DNA of 64,000 nt. Source: Candidatus Marinacidobacterales bacterium (GTDB lineage: Bacteria > Acidobacteriota > Vicinamibacteria > Marinacidobacterales > DATDRI01). This document shows, in pieces, positions 1 to 9,815 of the stretch; the first letter of the stretch is position 1, and each line of letters starts with the position of its first letter. A program made the position numbers and the translations under genes. The DNA lies in NCBI GenBank assembly GCA_965226495.1, contig OZ245365.1, positions 2,176,001 to 2,240,000 of the forward strand. The letters run 5' to 3'. The notes beneath the pieces were generated by a model. It saw only the letters and a list, made by a program, of their open reading frames with translations, searched no databases and was not told where the DNA came from.

Positions 1-148
1 ACCCTTCCTCGGCGTTCTGGTCCCCGGGATTCTTATCTGGGTGAAGTTTGACGGCGAGCTTTCGGTAGGCGCTCTTGATCTGCTGTTGACTTGCTGATTT
101 ACCGACACCTAGAACTTCGTAGTAATCTCTTTGGCCTACGCCGACCAA
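1..148 (-). CDS. dnaJ: Chaperone DnaJ, N-terminal J-domain (runs off the left edge)
   Basis: Reverse strand reads [43 protein letters not shown], with the HPD motif. TTG start at 148 after an AGGAG SD; directly downstream of dnaK. Not in the ORF track. Confidence 0.93.
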   Translation of the reverse strand, partial: MVGVGQRDYYEVLGVGKSASQQQIKSAYRKLAVKLHPDKNPGDQNAEEG

Positions 149-172
149 TCGCTGTCTCCTCTATTTGTAATG

Positions 173-1972
173 TTAGCTTCCGAGCATCGCCGTCGACAAA
201 GCCGCGGCGGCAGACTCCAACTCGGCCAAGGCGGACTTTAGCTCCTCGACGCTCCCGTCCTTTTTCTGTTCCGCGCCCGCCAAGGCATTACTCGCCTTGG
301 TCTTCTCTTCTTCAGTCAGTTTGTCGCCGAAGTCGTCGAAGCTTTTCTTGGTGGTTTCCAGTAGCCCTTGCAGCTGGCCCGCGACTTCCTCACGTTCAGT
401 CTTTGTCTTTTTGTCCTCCTGGCGCGTCTCCGTTTCCCCGCGCAGGCGGTTCACTTCGGTCTCGGAGAGACCGCTCCCGGCTCGGGTCACGATGTTCTGT
501 TGCCGGCCGGTAGCCTGATCGAGTGCGGTCACTTGGACGATGCCGTTCACGTCGATCTCGAAGGACACTTCGATTTGGGGGACCCCCTTCGGGGCAGGTG
601 CGATGTCGGTCAATTGGAACCGCCCCAGTGAGGTGTTGTAAGCGGCTGACTCATTCTCGCCTTGAAGAACGTGAACCTCTACCTTCGTCTGGTTGTCGGT
701 GACGGTGGTGAAGATCCGGCTCTTCTTGGTCGGAATGGTGGCTTGACGATCGATGAGGGGAGTAAACGTCCCATCTTTGGTTTCGATGCCGAGCGTGTGG
801 GGCGTGACGTCGAGCAAAACGAGGTCGGTGACCTCCCCGGACAGGATCCCGGTCTGGATCGCGGCGCCCATCGACACGACTTCGTCGGGGTTCACACTTC
901 GGTTGGGCTCGCGGCCAAAGACCTTCCGTACGGTCTCGAGGACCTTGGGCGTACGGGTCTGGCCGCCCACCATAACGACGTCGTCGATCTCGTCTTTCGT
1001 AAGGCCGGCGTCCTTCAAGGCTTTCATGCACGGCTCGATGGTCCGCTCGAGCAGCGGACCGATCATCTCCTCGAACTTTCCCTTCGTGAGGACGGTGTTG
1101 AGATGTTTAGGGCCGGACTGGTTTGCGGAGATAAAGGGAAGAACGATCTCCGACTGAGCAGACGTCGAGAGCTCGCACTTGGCCTTCTCTGCGGCTTCCT
1201 TTAGCCTCTGGAGCGCCATGCGGTCCCCGGTGAGATCGATCTCGGTCTCCTTCTTGAACTCATCGACAAGCCAATTGATGATGAGCTGATCGATGTCCTC
1301 GCCCCCGAGATAGGTGTCGCCACCGGTGGAGAGTACCTGGTAAAGCCCGTCCGTGAGCTCTAGGATCGAGATGTCGAAAGTGCCTCCGCCGAGGTCGTAA
1401 ACCGCGACCGTAGCGGCTTGCGTATGTTGGGCTCCATAGGCGAGGGCAGCCGCCGTGGGCTCATTCAAGATACGCAGCACCTTCAGTCCCGCAATTTGCC
1501 CGGCATCCTTGGTAGCTTGTCGCTGCGAATCGTTGAAATACGCCGGAGCGGTGATGATGGCATCTTCCACCGGCTCACCGAGATAGTCTTCCGCCGCCGC
1601 TTTCAGCTTTTGAAGGACGATGGCCGAGAGCTCGGGAGGGCTGTAGATCTTATCGTTGATCTTGATGTGGGCGTCTCCGTTGGCGGACTGGACCATCTCG
1701 TAGGGGAGTATGTTCTTGGCTCCTTCTATTTCAGGAGAGTCGAAACGCCGTCCGATCAGCCTCTTTACGCCGTGGACGGTGTTTTGGGGATTGGTCAGGG
1801 CTTGCCGCTTGGCGATCTGCCCCACCAGCCGCTCGCCCTTATTGGTAAAGGCCACGATGGAAGGAGTCGTCCGCGCACCCTCCTGATTGGGGATGACTTG
1901 CGCGGTTCCGCCTTCCATCACCACGATGCACGAGTTTGTCGTGCCCAGATCGATTCCTACCACCTTGCCCAA
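173..1972 (-). CDS. dnaK: Hsp70 chaperone DnaK
   Basis: [27 protein letters not shown] and LLDVTP motifs; TTG start after AAGGAG. Confidence 0.97.
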   Translation of the reverse strand: MGKVVGIDLGTTNSCIVVMEGGTAQVIPNQEGARTTPSIVAFTNKGERLVGQIAKRQALTNPQNTVHGVKRLIGRRFDSPEIEGAKNILPYEMVQSANGDAHIKINDKIYSPPELSAIVLQKLKAAAEDYLGEPVEDAIITAPAYFNDSQRQATKDAGQIAGLKVLRILNEPTAAALAYGAQHTQAATVAVYDLGGGTFDISILELTDGLYQVLSTGGDTYLGGEDIDQLIINWLVDEFKKETEIDLTGDRMALQRLKEAAEKAKCELSTSAQSEIVLPFISANQSGPKHLNTVLTKGKFEEMIGPLLERTIEPCMKALKDAGLTKDEIDDVVMVGGQTRTPKVLETVRKVFGREPNRSVNPDEVVSMGAAIQTGILSGEVTDLVLLDVTPHTLGIETKDGTFTPLIDRQATIPTKKSRIFTTVTDNQTKVEVHVLQGENESAAYNTSLGRFQLTDIAPAPKGVPQIEVSFEIDVNGIVQVTALDQATGRQQNIVTRAGSGLSETEVNRLRGETETRQEDKKTKTEREEVAGQLQGLLETTKKSFDDFGDKLTEEEKTKASNALAGAEQKKDGSVEELKSALAELESAAAALSTAMLGS

Positions 1973-2072
1973 TGCTAGCTCCTTTGTTTCTGGCTACGTC
2001 GGCGATCCGATTTGGTCGCCGAGACGTACGCCCTCGATAATTCCGGGTCCATCATCGCGTTAGGCATAAGCG

Positions 2073-2837
2073 CTAGGTATCAGACTTCGAACTTTCATCA
2101 CTTGCCCGGACTTCTGCGGGCGACTCGGTATCACTATCCCCTTCGTTAAAGGAGGGGTTATGGCCGACCCTAACCATCGCCGGCCTCAACAAACGCTCCT
2201 TAAGAAAGTAACCCTTTTGAAGAACATCCATGATCTCGCCTTCGCGATGGTCGGTCGTTTCGACGCGAGCCACCGCTTCATGTATGTGGGGATCGAAATC
2301 CTCCCCCAGAGCGACCACTTCACGCAGGCCAGTCTTCTGCAAGACGTCACCGAATTGGCGATAGATGATCGTGACTCCGTCGCGAATCTGTTTTTCGGAG
2401 CCCGACTCATCCGGCTGCGCCGATCCCAAAGCGCGCTCCAGGTTGTCCAGCACCGGCAGGATCTCGAGAACTAACTCTGAAGTTGCGTAGGAAATGAACT
2501 CTTTCTGCTCACGTTCGATGCGCTTCCGATAGTTCTCGAATTCCGCGTGTTTCCGTCGGAGGAGATCTTGGGTTTCCCGGAGCTCCTGATTGAGTTTCTC
2601 AACCCTCGTGTCTTCATCAGGAGGCTCTACCGGCTCTACCGCCGCGAGACCCGTTTCTTCCTGCTCGGGCTCCACTGGCGCGAGGCCGTACTCTTCGGGC
2701 TCCACTCCAGGGGGTTCCGAGGACTCCGGGTAGTGGTTGTGGTCCGTCACCGCAGCTTCTTCCCGGTCTTCCGGGTCCGGCCGGCCTGGCCCGTCTTGAA
2801 TGTCTGGCACCGGTATCGTTTTCTTATGTTTACTCAG
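2073..2837 (-). CDS. grpE: Nucleotide exchange factor GrpE with acidic N-terminal extension
   Basis: AEFENYRKR, LPVLDNLERAL, FDPHIHEAV, QKGY...RLLRPAMVRV. Start uncertain; the best SD (GAGGAG) precedes CTG at 2837. Confidence 0.93.
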   Translation of the reverse strand: MSKHKKTIPVPDIQDGPGRPDPEDREEAAVTDHNHYPESSEPPGVEPEEYGLAPVEPEQEETGLAAVEPVEPPDEDTRVEKLNQELRETQDLLRRKHAEFENYRKRIEREQKEFISYATSELVLEILPVLDNLERALGSAQPDESGSEKQIRDGVTIIYRQFGDVLQKTGLREVVALGEDFDPHIHEAVARVETTDHREGEIMDVLQKGYFLKERLLRPAMVRVGHNPSFNEGDSDTESPAEVRASDESSKSDT

Positions 2838-2934
2838 CGAACTTCTCCTCGTCTTTGCTCCGCATTGTAGAGCGTTCCACGTTCCTCGCATCGGGCGTGA
2901 CATATCCCTTTGCGGGGCAGGTGATTGGGCTCGG

Positions 2935-4014
2935 CTATGGCAACCCCGTGATGTGCGCATCCGCTCTGGCCGGGGAGTGGCTAATCGTATCCGACAACGA
3001 GCGGGCGATGTAGTCCACGACCGAGATGAACTTTGCGTATTTCATTCGGGTCGGGCCTATGATTCCGACCGATCCCAACTCTCGATCCTGGTACCGATAG
3101 CTGGCAGCAATCAGCGAGATGCCCTCAAGGTCTGGAACCTGCGCTTCCGAGCCGATGATGATCTCGAGGTCGCTGCCCTCCAAGCAGGCGGTGAGGATCT
3201 CTAGGACGCGGTTCTTCTCTTCGAGCGTAGCGAAAAGCTGCTGCGCGCGTCCGATGTTGGTACTGAACTCGGGTTTGGCTAGCATCCGCGATGTGCCCTC
3301 GAGGTATACATCGGCCGCCGTCGCGTTTTCCGCAAAAGCCACCTGGCCCAAGGTCAAGGCGTTCTGCACGACACGATCGTATAGGGCTTGTTCCTCTCTC
3401 AGTTTCAAGAGCATCGTTTCCCTCGCCTCCGCGAGGGTAAAGCCCCGGAACTCGGTGTTCAAATACCGCGCGCATCGCTCGAGCTCCGGACCGGTGAACT
3501 CTTCCGTCAGCTCGACCACCCGGCTTACAACCTGCGCGGTTTCCGAGACCACTACGACGAGAAGGCGTCCTGGGGCGAGCCTCACAAAGTCCACCTGCTG
3601 CAATGTACTTTGCTGAATGTCCGGGCCGATGACGAAGCTCACCATGTCGGTCATGCTCGCCAGAAGGTGGGAGGTCCCTTGCATGAGAGACCCGACGTCG
3701 CCCTCCGACTGTTTCAACCTTTTCCCGATCATGTCTCGCTCGCCCGGCGACAGCCCGCTCCCTTCCTTGACCGTGCCAACGTAGAAACGATATCCCTTGT
3801 CGGTCGGTACTCGTCCCGCCGAGGTGTGTGGTTGGAACAGGTAGCCGAGCTCTTCGAGGTCGGCCATTATGTTGCGGATCGTAGCCGGAGAGAGACCCAG
3901 AGAGTTCACTTTGGCGAGCGTCCGGGAGCCCACGGGGTCGCCGAAAGCGATGAACGTATGCACCGCTTGCCGAAGAATACTCTGGGTTCGCGTGTCCAAG
4001 TCTGTTGTCTTCAT
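2935..4014 (-). CDS. hrcA: Heat-inducible transcription repressor HrcA
   Basis: PVGSRTL, SPATIRNIMADLEELGYL, HTSAGRVPTDKGYRFYV, GIIGPTRMKY. Confidence 0.97.
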   Translation of the reverse strand: MKTTDLDTRTQSILRQAVHTFIAFGDPVGSRTLAKVNSLGLSPATIRNIMADLEELGYLFQPHTSAGRVPTDKGYRFYVGTVKEGSGLSPGERDMIGKRLKQSEGDVGSLMQGTSHLLASMTDMVSFVIGPDIQQSTLQQVDFVRLAPGRLLVVVVSETAQVVSRVVELTEEFTGPELERCARYLNTEFRGFTLAEARETMLLKLREEQALYDRVVQNALTLGQVAFAENATAADVYLEGTSRMLAKPEFSTNIGRAQQLFATLEEKNRVLEILTACLEGSDLEIIIGSEAQVPDLEGISLIAASYRYQDRELGSVGIIGPTRMKYAKFISVVDYIARSLSDTISHSPARADAHITGLP

Positions 4015-4038
4015 CCGTATCGCTCGGAAGTTCAAGGT

Positions 4039-4065
4039 TTAGCACTCTCGGCTCAAGAGTGCTAA
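4039..4065. promoter_or_regulatory. CIRCE element (HrcA operator)
   Basis: Perfect TTAGCACTC-N9-GAGTGCTAA between the promoter and the hrcA start. Confidence 0.97.
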
Positions 4066-4070
4066 GTCCT

Positions 4071-4099
4071 TATCTAGCAAATATCTCCCAAGTTGTCAA
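4071..4099 (-). promoter_or_regulatory. Sigma70-type promoter of the hrcA operon
   Basis: TTGACA (4099-4094), 17-nt spacer, TAGATA (4076-4071) with an extended TGn; directly upstream of CIRCE. Confidence 0.75.
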
Positions 4100-4268
4100 G
4101 AAAACCGTCAGTTCGCCGCGTTTGCGAACAGATCACTAGTTCGAATGCTAATTCCAGGGGATCAGTACAGAAGGATAGCATAACTCCCCTCTGCAGAGAA
4201 GCGCCGTCCTAGCGACGCTGATAGAGGCGCCCACACGCCTACTGGACGCCCGAGAGCGTCATGAGCCC

Positions 4269-5114
4269 TCAAACCGCCTTGTCAAGATCTGTGCGCCTGG
4301 CAAGATCACGCCGGAACACGTTCCAATCACGGTTCGAGTACTTGGTGTCAGCCAAGCCTACCGCGGACTCCTTTTCGAAAGGCGAAAGATAGCGCACGGT
4401 GGCCGGCCCTCCCATCGCGCGCTCGAACTCGACCGCTAGAGACTTCATGAGCTCCGACGCGGACATGGAAGGTTCAAGGAGCTCGTTGACGCCGACGGCA
4501 TGCAACTCGTTGGCAGCTTCGTGGCCGACCACGTTTGCCCAAAGTGCCGTGTCGATGTTCAAAAGGATCGAGCCGTGCTGCAGGAAGCCTCGGCGGCTCC
4601 ACTTCTGGGCACCCCCAATAACTTTGCGACCCCCCGACGTGAGCTCGTGGCCCGTGGGAACTGCGAAACACGGAAGCGCGTCGTTTTCCGACTCCGGAGC
4701 AGGTGAGTGCTTCGACGCAGAGGGGAGCGGATCCATCGGCACTCCCTTCCTCTCGAGGCATTGGTGTAGCACACGGCTAACCCATCGGTAGACGCTTCGT
4801 ACCGAAAGCCCTCGAAACGGGCCGTGCGCACCAGCCGTGACGCAATAGGTGAGCTCCCGATCGTGAAGCACCGCTCTTCCGCCGCTTAGACGCCGTATCG
4901 TTTCGATCCCTAACCTTCGACATGCTTCGAGGTCGCAGGTTTCTTCCAGATTCTGCCGGAAGCCGACGGACAGTGTGGGGCGAGACCAAGAGTAGAGGCG
5001 GACCGTGGGCGGCGCCTGGCCGCCGATCGCGGAAAGAAAAAGCGCCTCATCAACGCCCATGTTCATCGCTCCATCGCCAGGCGGATCGAGCAGGAGTCTC
5101 CAGGCCAAGGTCAC
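4269..5114 (-). CDS. Lipoate-protein ligase A family protein (LipM-like octanoyltransferase)
   Basis: NMGVDEAL, RLYSW, RRLSGGRAVLH, KVIGGAQ, QHGS motifs. Confidence 0.88.
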   Translation of the reverse strand: MTLAWRLLLDPPGDGAMNMGVDEALFLSAIGGQAPPTVRLYSWSRPTLSVGFRQNLEETCDLEACRRLGIETIRRLSGGRAVLHDRELTYCVTAGAHGPFRGLSVRSVYRWVSRVLHQCLERKGVPMDPLPSASKHSPAPESENDALPCFAVPTGHELTSGGRKVIGGAQKWSRRGFLQHGSILLNIDTALWANVVGHEAANELHAVGVNELLEPSMSASELMKSLAVEFERAMGGPATVRYLSPFEKESAVGLADTKYSNRDWNVFRRDLARRTDLDKAV

Positions 5115-5137
5115 CTCGGGGGGGGACGAACCTTAAT

Positions 5138-6250
5138 TCATAATAGGCTTGTGAGATCGGTGAAGGGGCGGTCTTGGGATTTGGCGACCGGTTCGCAGGT
5201 CACTTTGCCTTGGTAAACGTTGACGCCTTGGCGGAGTGCCGGGTCCGCCTCTATCGCGGCCCTAAAGCCATCCTGCGCGATTCGCAGGGCGTAGGGGAGT
5301 GTAAGGTTCGTCAAGGCGAACGTAGAGGTTCGCGGTACCGCTCCGGGCATGTTAGCCACGCAATAGTGGAGGACTTCGTCGACGAAGTAGGTCGGGTCAC
5401 TATGTGTGGTGGGATGCGTGGTTTCGATGCACCCCCCTTGATCGACGGCGACGTCCACGATCACCGAACCGCGTTTCATCTGGCGAACCATCTCCCGGGT
5501 GACCAACTTGGGTGCTGACGCACCGGGGACGAGCACTGCCCCCACGACCAGGTCGGCGGAGCGAACTGACTCGAGGATTGTCAGCGGGTTCGACATCAAA
5601 GTCGTGATCAAGCTCGCGAAAATGTCGTCGAGGTACTGCATCTTGGCGTGACTCTTTTCGATGACGGTGACACGCGCCCCCATTCCTACCGCCATCTTCG
5701 CCGCATTCACTCCTACGACTCCGCCCCCGATGATGACCACGTGCGCCGGCGCGACTCCCGGGACACCACCTAGGAGGATTCCTGCTCCACCCTGGTTCTT
5801 CTCTAGGTAGTGCGCTCCCTCTTGAATTGCCATCCGGCCCGCCACCTCGCTCATCGGCGTCAGAAGGGGTAAGGCTCCATCGTCGGTAGCGATGGTTTCG
5901 TAGGCGACCCCAGTGACTTTTCTTGCGAGCAACGCTTCGGTGAGCTTGGGTAAGGGGGCGAGGTGGAGATAGGTAAACAGAATCTGACCATCCCGGAGCT
6001 TGGGTACCTCGGAATCCATAGGCTCTTTGACCTTGATGACCATCTCGACCTCTCGGAAAACGTCGTCCGCTGAGGGAACGATCCGCGCCCCGGCCGCCTC
6101 GTACTCTTCGTTTCCGACTCCGCTTCCGATCCCCGCCCGGTCTTCGACGAGGACCTCGTGTCCAGCCTCGTGGAGTGTCTTGACACCACCCGGTACGAGT
6201 CCGACTCTGTACTCGTTGTCTTTCAGTTCTTTTACGGTTCCGATTCGCAT
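5138..6250 (-). CDS. ald: Alanine dehydrogenase
   Basis: [56 protein letters not shown]. Confidence 0.97.
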   Translation of the reverse strand: MRIGTVKELKDNEYRVGLVPGGVKTLHEAGHEVLVEDRAGIGSGVGNEEYEAAGARIVPSADDVFREVEMVIKVKEPMDSEVPKLRDGQILFTYLHLAPLPKLTEALLARKVTGVAYETIATDDGALPLLTPMSEVAGRMAIQEGAHYLEKNQGGAGILLGGVPGVAPAHVVIIGGGVVGVNAAKMAVGMGARVTVIEKSHAKMQYLDDIFASLITTLMSNPLTILESVRSADLVVGAVLVPGASAPKLVTREMVRQMKRGSVIVDVAVDQGGCIETTHPTTHSDPTYFVDEVLHYCVANMPGAVPRTSTFALTNLTLPYALRIAQDGFRAAIEADPALRQGVNVYQGKVTCEPVAKSQDRPFTDLTSLL

Positions 6251-6335
6251 GTTCGTCTTCTCTGAGGCCTGACGGGCTAGTGCCCTGTGTCAGCAATTCA
6301 ATTCGGCGTCACTTCAAGACGGCCGAGCCGGTCTC

Positions 6336-6842
6336 TTAGCCTCCGCCGGTTTTCTCGGAGGAGCCTGGAGCCGACCCCGCTTGCGATCCCGGCGCAGTTG
6401 GCGCGGGGGCTTCCTTTGCGCCCGAGCGCTCTTCGTTGGCCGTCATCTGACTGGCTCCACGGAAGATGGCTCCTTCGGCGACGGCAATGCGCGGAGCGCG
6501 GAGGTTCCCAAAGACTTTGCCGGTGCGGGTGATCTCGACTTTGTTCTTCGCCGTGCAATCGCCTTCCAATTTTCCGCGGATGGTGACGTTGTCCGCCTCG
6601 ATCTCCGCTTTCACTCGGCCGGCTTCGCCTATCACGACCAACCCGCTGCTCTTGATTTTGCCTTCCACACGGCCCTCGATTTGGACGACCTCACTGGTAT
6701 TCAGCTCGCCGGTGATCACCGTTTCGGCTCCGATGAGGGTTCGGGCTGCAACAGACGGCGGCGTTTGGTCTCTCGTTGGGGAACTTCGAGGACCGGTTGC
6801 TGGATTAGGCTTGTCGGGTTCGGATTTTCCAAACAATCCCAC
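6336..6842 (-). CDS. Bactofilin (polymer-forming cytoskeletal protein)
   Basis: TLIGAETVITGEL...IEGRVEGKI...VIGEAGRVKAEI...VFGNL...IAVAEGAIFRG beta-helix pattern with disordered tails. Confidence 0.9.
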   Translation of the reverse strand: MGLFGKSEPDKPNPATGPRSSPTRDQTPPSVAARTLIGAETVITGELNTSEVVQIEGRVEGKIKSSGLVVIGEAGRVKAEIEADNVTIRGKLEGDCTAKNKVEITRTGKVFGNLRAPRIAVAEGAIFRGASQMTANEERSGAKEAPAPTAPGSQAGSAPGSSEKTGGG

Positions 6843-6963
6843 GTTACCTCCTGCAGTTCGGGCTCACGCCGCAGCGCTCAAGAAGGTCCAATCGCTGCAG
6901 CGAATGACGAAGCGAGAAAACGATGTACCGTGGAGGGTGCACCATGCGTTGGTTTCACCACTC

Positions 6964-7038
6964 TGGAGCGGGCGACGGGGTTCGAACCCGCGACCCCAAG
7001 CTTGGGAAGCTTGTGCTCTACCACTGAGCTACGCCCGC
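6964..7038 (-). tRNA. tRNA-Gly (anticodon CCC)
   Basis: GCGGGCGTAGCTCAGTGGTAGAGCACAAGCTTCCCAAGCTTGGGGTCGCGGGTTCGAACCCCGTCGCCCGCTCCA folds as a cloverleaf; CCA is encoded. Confidence 0.97.
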
Positions 7039-7053
7039 CCCCAAAGCGTAATG

Positions 7054-7083
7054 ATTATAGCGGTGCTCAAATCGGACTGTCAA
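7054..7083 (-). promoter_or_regulatory. Consensus sigma70 promoter of tRNA-Gly
   Basis: TTGACA (7083-7078), 18-nt spacer, TATAAT (7059-7054). Confidence 0.85.
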
Positions 7084-7107
7084 AGGAACCAACCTTTGTG
7101 CCGCAGG

Positions 7108-8469
7108 CTAGGAGCGGATCACCGCCAACACTTCCTCACGTCGGCGATTCATCTCCGTCAGGTCCAGGGCTTCGAGATTCAAACGCAGTAACGGCTCGGT
7201 GTTGGAGGGCCGGACATTGAAATGCCAACCCGCATATTCGACCGACAGTCCATCCAGCTTGTAGATGCGACCATCCGCGTATTGCGACTCGAGCTTGGCC
7301 AGGACTGCGGGCACGTCACGGACCTCGGAGTTAACCTCCCCGGTGATGAAATACTTCTCACGAAGTGGGGCGAGAAGCTCGGAGAGTTTCTTCCCCTTCT
7401 TGGAGATCAGCTCCAAGATGAGTAGCGCCGGTATCATGCCGTTGTCGGCGAAGTAGTTCTCGCGAAAATAGAAGTGGCCACTGATCTCGCCTCCGAAGAC
7501 AGCGTTCTCTTCTCTCATCCTCTTCTTGATAAAGGCATGCCCCACGCGATTCATCAAGGCACTTCCTCCGAGCCTTTCTACCGTGTCCCTCACCGCCCAG
7601 CTCGCTCGGGCGTCATAGATGATGGTGGCGCCCGGCTCTTTCAACAGAAACGCCTCGCCCAAGAGAGCGGTGAGGAAATCCCCGGGGACGAACTCTCCTA
7701 GGTCGTCGATGAAAAAACAGCGATCTCCATCTCCATCCCATGCGATCCCGAGGTCTGCCCCTTCGGCGCGAACTCTCTCGATGATTTCGCGGCGGTTTTC
7801 CTCTACCAGCGGGTTCGCTTCGTGGTTAGGAAAATTGCCGTCCGGTTCGAAATACATGTCGACCCGTTCAAGGGGGAGGTCAGCGAAGACGTCCGGGGCG
7901 ATCGCACCCGCCATGCCGTTGGCGGCGTCCATCACCACGCTCAATGGTCGAATAGCGTCCGGATCGATAAAGTTTCGAACATGCTTGACGTAATCGGGGA
8001 GAACGTTCTTCTCGACGCGCTCTCCCCCGGTCTTATCCGGCAGCTTGCGACCAGACAGAATCCACTCCTTGATCTCCTTGATTCCCGCATCGCCGGAGAG
8101 CGCGAGGGCACCTTCACGGACTAGCTTGAATCCGTTGTACTGTTTCGGATTGTGAGAGGCGGTGACCATGGCTCCACCCGAAAGGTCGAAGTGGGGCACC
8201 GCAAAATAGAGCATGTCAGTAGTCGTCATGCCGATGTCTAAGACCTTGGCGCCGCCCGCCATGGCGCCTTCGCACAAGGCTTTCGCGAACTCCGGTGAGG
8301 AGTCTCGCATGTCACGCCCGACGGCAATCGACTCCGCCCCCAAATAGTCGATAAGGCCTCGGCCAATCTTTTGCGCCAACCTTGGCCCCAACTCATCGGG
8401 TACGATTCCGCGGATGTCATAGGCCTTGAAGACACCGGGTTCTACGGATTCTTCTTCCACGTGTCTCAT
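7108..8469 (-). CDS. Phosphomannomutase/phosphoglucomutase
   Basis: FKAYDIRG, TASHNP phosphoserine loop, DGDGDR metal loop, GEISGH, RPSNTEP. Confidence 0.95.
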   Translation of the reverse strand: MRHVEEESVEPGVFKAYDIRGIVPDELGPRLAQKIGRGLIDYLGAESIAVGRDMRDSSPEFAKALCEGAMAGGAKVLDIGMTTTDMLYFAVPHFDLSGGAMVTASHNPKQYNGFKLVREGALALSGDAGIKEIKEWILSGRKLPDKTGGERVEKNVLPDYVKHVRNFIDPDAIRPLSVVMDAANGMAGAIAPDVFADLPLERVDMYFEPDGNFPNHEANPLVEENRREIIERVRAEGADLGIAWDGDGDRCFFIDDLGEFVPGDFLTALLGEAFLLKEPGATIIYDARASWAVRDTVERLGGSALMNRVGHAFIKKRMREENAVFGGEISGHFYFRENYFADNGMIPALLILELISKKGKKLSELLAPLREKYFITGEVNSEVRDVPAVLAKLESQYADGRIYKLDGLSVEYAGWHFNVRPSNTEPLLRLNLEALDLTEMNRRREEVLAVIRS

Positions 8470-9533
8470 CCCTCCGGTTGACCGAGCCGACTGAAATCGG
8501 CGACCACCGACTTATCTCCCAAGACGATGCCTCGACCGACGACGGCGTGCCTCCCGATATGAGTGTTTCTGCCGATCAAGGCGCCGTGCACGCGTGCTTC
8601 CTCCCCCACGCGGACGTTGGGCCAGAGGACCGAGTCGGCCACGGTTGCCCCCTCCTCGATGCGACAGTTGTTTCCGACGACGGCGAAGGGCTCGATTCGA
8701 GCGCCCGGCTTTACCGTCGTGCCGGCTCCGACAAACGCAGGCCCGGAGATCTTGGAGTTACCATCCACCGAAGCGGTAGGGTCGATGTAAACGCCTCCCT
8801 GCTTTCCGTCGAACCCCTTTAGCTTGGCTTCGCCGCTCAAGAGGTCCTCGTGCGCTTTTAAGTACTTCTCGGGAGTGCCGACGTCGATCCAGTAGCCGCG
8901 GTGAACATAGGCATAAAAGGGAACTTTCTCTCGTAGGAACGCGGGAAAGACGCCTCTCTCGAAAGAGTAGTTCTTGCCCGGCGGTATATGGGCAAGCGTT
9001 TCCGGTTCCAGAATGTAGATGCCGGCGTTGATCGTGTCGCACGTGATCTCATCATAGCTGGGCTTCTCGAGAAAACGTCGCACGCGTCCATCTTCCTCCA
9101 GCTCCACCAAGCCATAGGCGGCGGGGTTCTCGACCGGGGTCAGTACGATCGTGGCCTTGGCTCCGGTCGCTTGGTGTTGCGCAATAACCGCGGGCAGGTC
9201 CACATCGCTCAGTACATCTCCGTTGAAGACGATCGTGGTGCTACCCAAAAACGGCTCCGCCTTCTTTACGGCTCCCGCAGTTCCCAGTGGCTCGGATTCA
9301 ACGGTATAGATAATCTTGACCCCGAGGTCGCTTCCGTCACCGAAGATTTTCTCGATTCTCCGTGGCTGGTACGACAAGGAAAGCACGATCTCTGAGATCT
9401 CAGAGTGGCGTAAGACATCGATCTGAAACGAAAGGAATGGTCGGTCGAGGATCGGTACGATGGGTTTCGGCGTGTGCAGTGTCAGAGGGCGCAAACGGGT
9501 GCCCTTCCCCCCGGCGAGGATTACCGCCTTCAT
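8466..9533 (-). CDS. NDP-sugar pyrophosphorylase (mannose-1-phosphate guanylyltransferase-like)
   Basis: ILAGGKGTRLRPLT..PKP, EPLGTAG, FLEKP, C-terminal hexapeptide repeats. Confidence 0.9.
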   Translation of the reverse strand: MKAVILAGGKGTRLRPLTLHTPKPIVPILDRPFLSFQIDVLRHSEISEIVLSLSYQPRRIEKIFGDGSDLGVKIIYTVESEPLGTAGAVKKAEPFLGSTTIVFNGDVLSDVDLPAVIAQHQATGAKATIVLTPVENPAAYGLVELEEDGRVRRFLEKPSYDEITCDTINAGIYILEPETLAHIPPGKNYSFERGVFPAFLREKVPFYAYVHRGYWIDVGTPEKYLKAHEDLLSGEAKLKGFDGKQGGVYIDPTASVDGNSKISGPAFVGAGTTVKPGARIEPFAVVGNNCRIEEGATVADSVLWPNVRVGEEARVHGALIGRNTHIGRHAVVGRGIVLGDKSVVADFSRLGQPEG

Positions 9534-9711
9534 AGCCTGCCTGTCGGGAGACTGCTGTTGTTCATGGGGCCCCTTTTCAGCCGTCGCATCGTGACTACGG
9601 ATCGTACCTTTGGTGCTGGAACGGCCCGGAAGCGTAGCACGTGGTCGCCGAGCCTTTCAAGCTCCGCGACACTAAGCGCTTCAAATGCTATAGTATAGAT
9701 TGACAGCTTCA

Positions 9712-9788
9712 GGGGAATTTCGAGGACAGGTTATTTAATTCAGCTCCGCAACGAACTCGAATCAAATAACCTGTCCCCGAAATTCCCC
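9712..9788. repeat. Intergenic 30-bp inverted repeat (REP/MITE-like hairpin)
   Basis: Arms 9712-9741 and 9759-9788 are 28/30 complementary, with a 17-nt loop. Confidence 0.85.
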
Positions 9789-9815
9789 GCAAGATTTGCC
9801 CCTGCTAAGAAGAAT

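Noticed and set aside
4100-4268. Possible ncRNA or riboswitch between the lipoate ligase gene and the hrcA promoter
   Set aside because: Only weak pairing and no recognisable family motif; a covariance-model search would be needed.
6964-7038. tRNA-Gly as an integration site for a prophage or island
   Set aside because: Both flanks are housekeeping genes, there is no integrase, and I saw no duplicated tRNA 3' end in the window.
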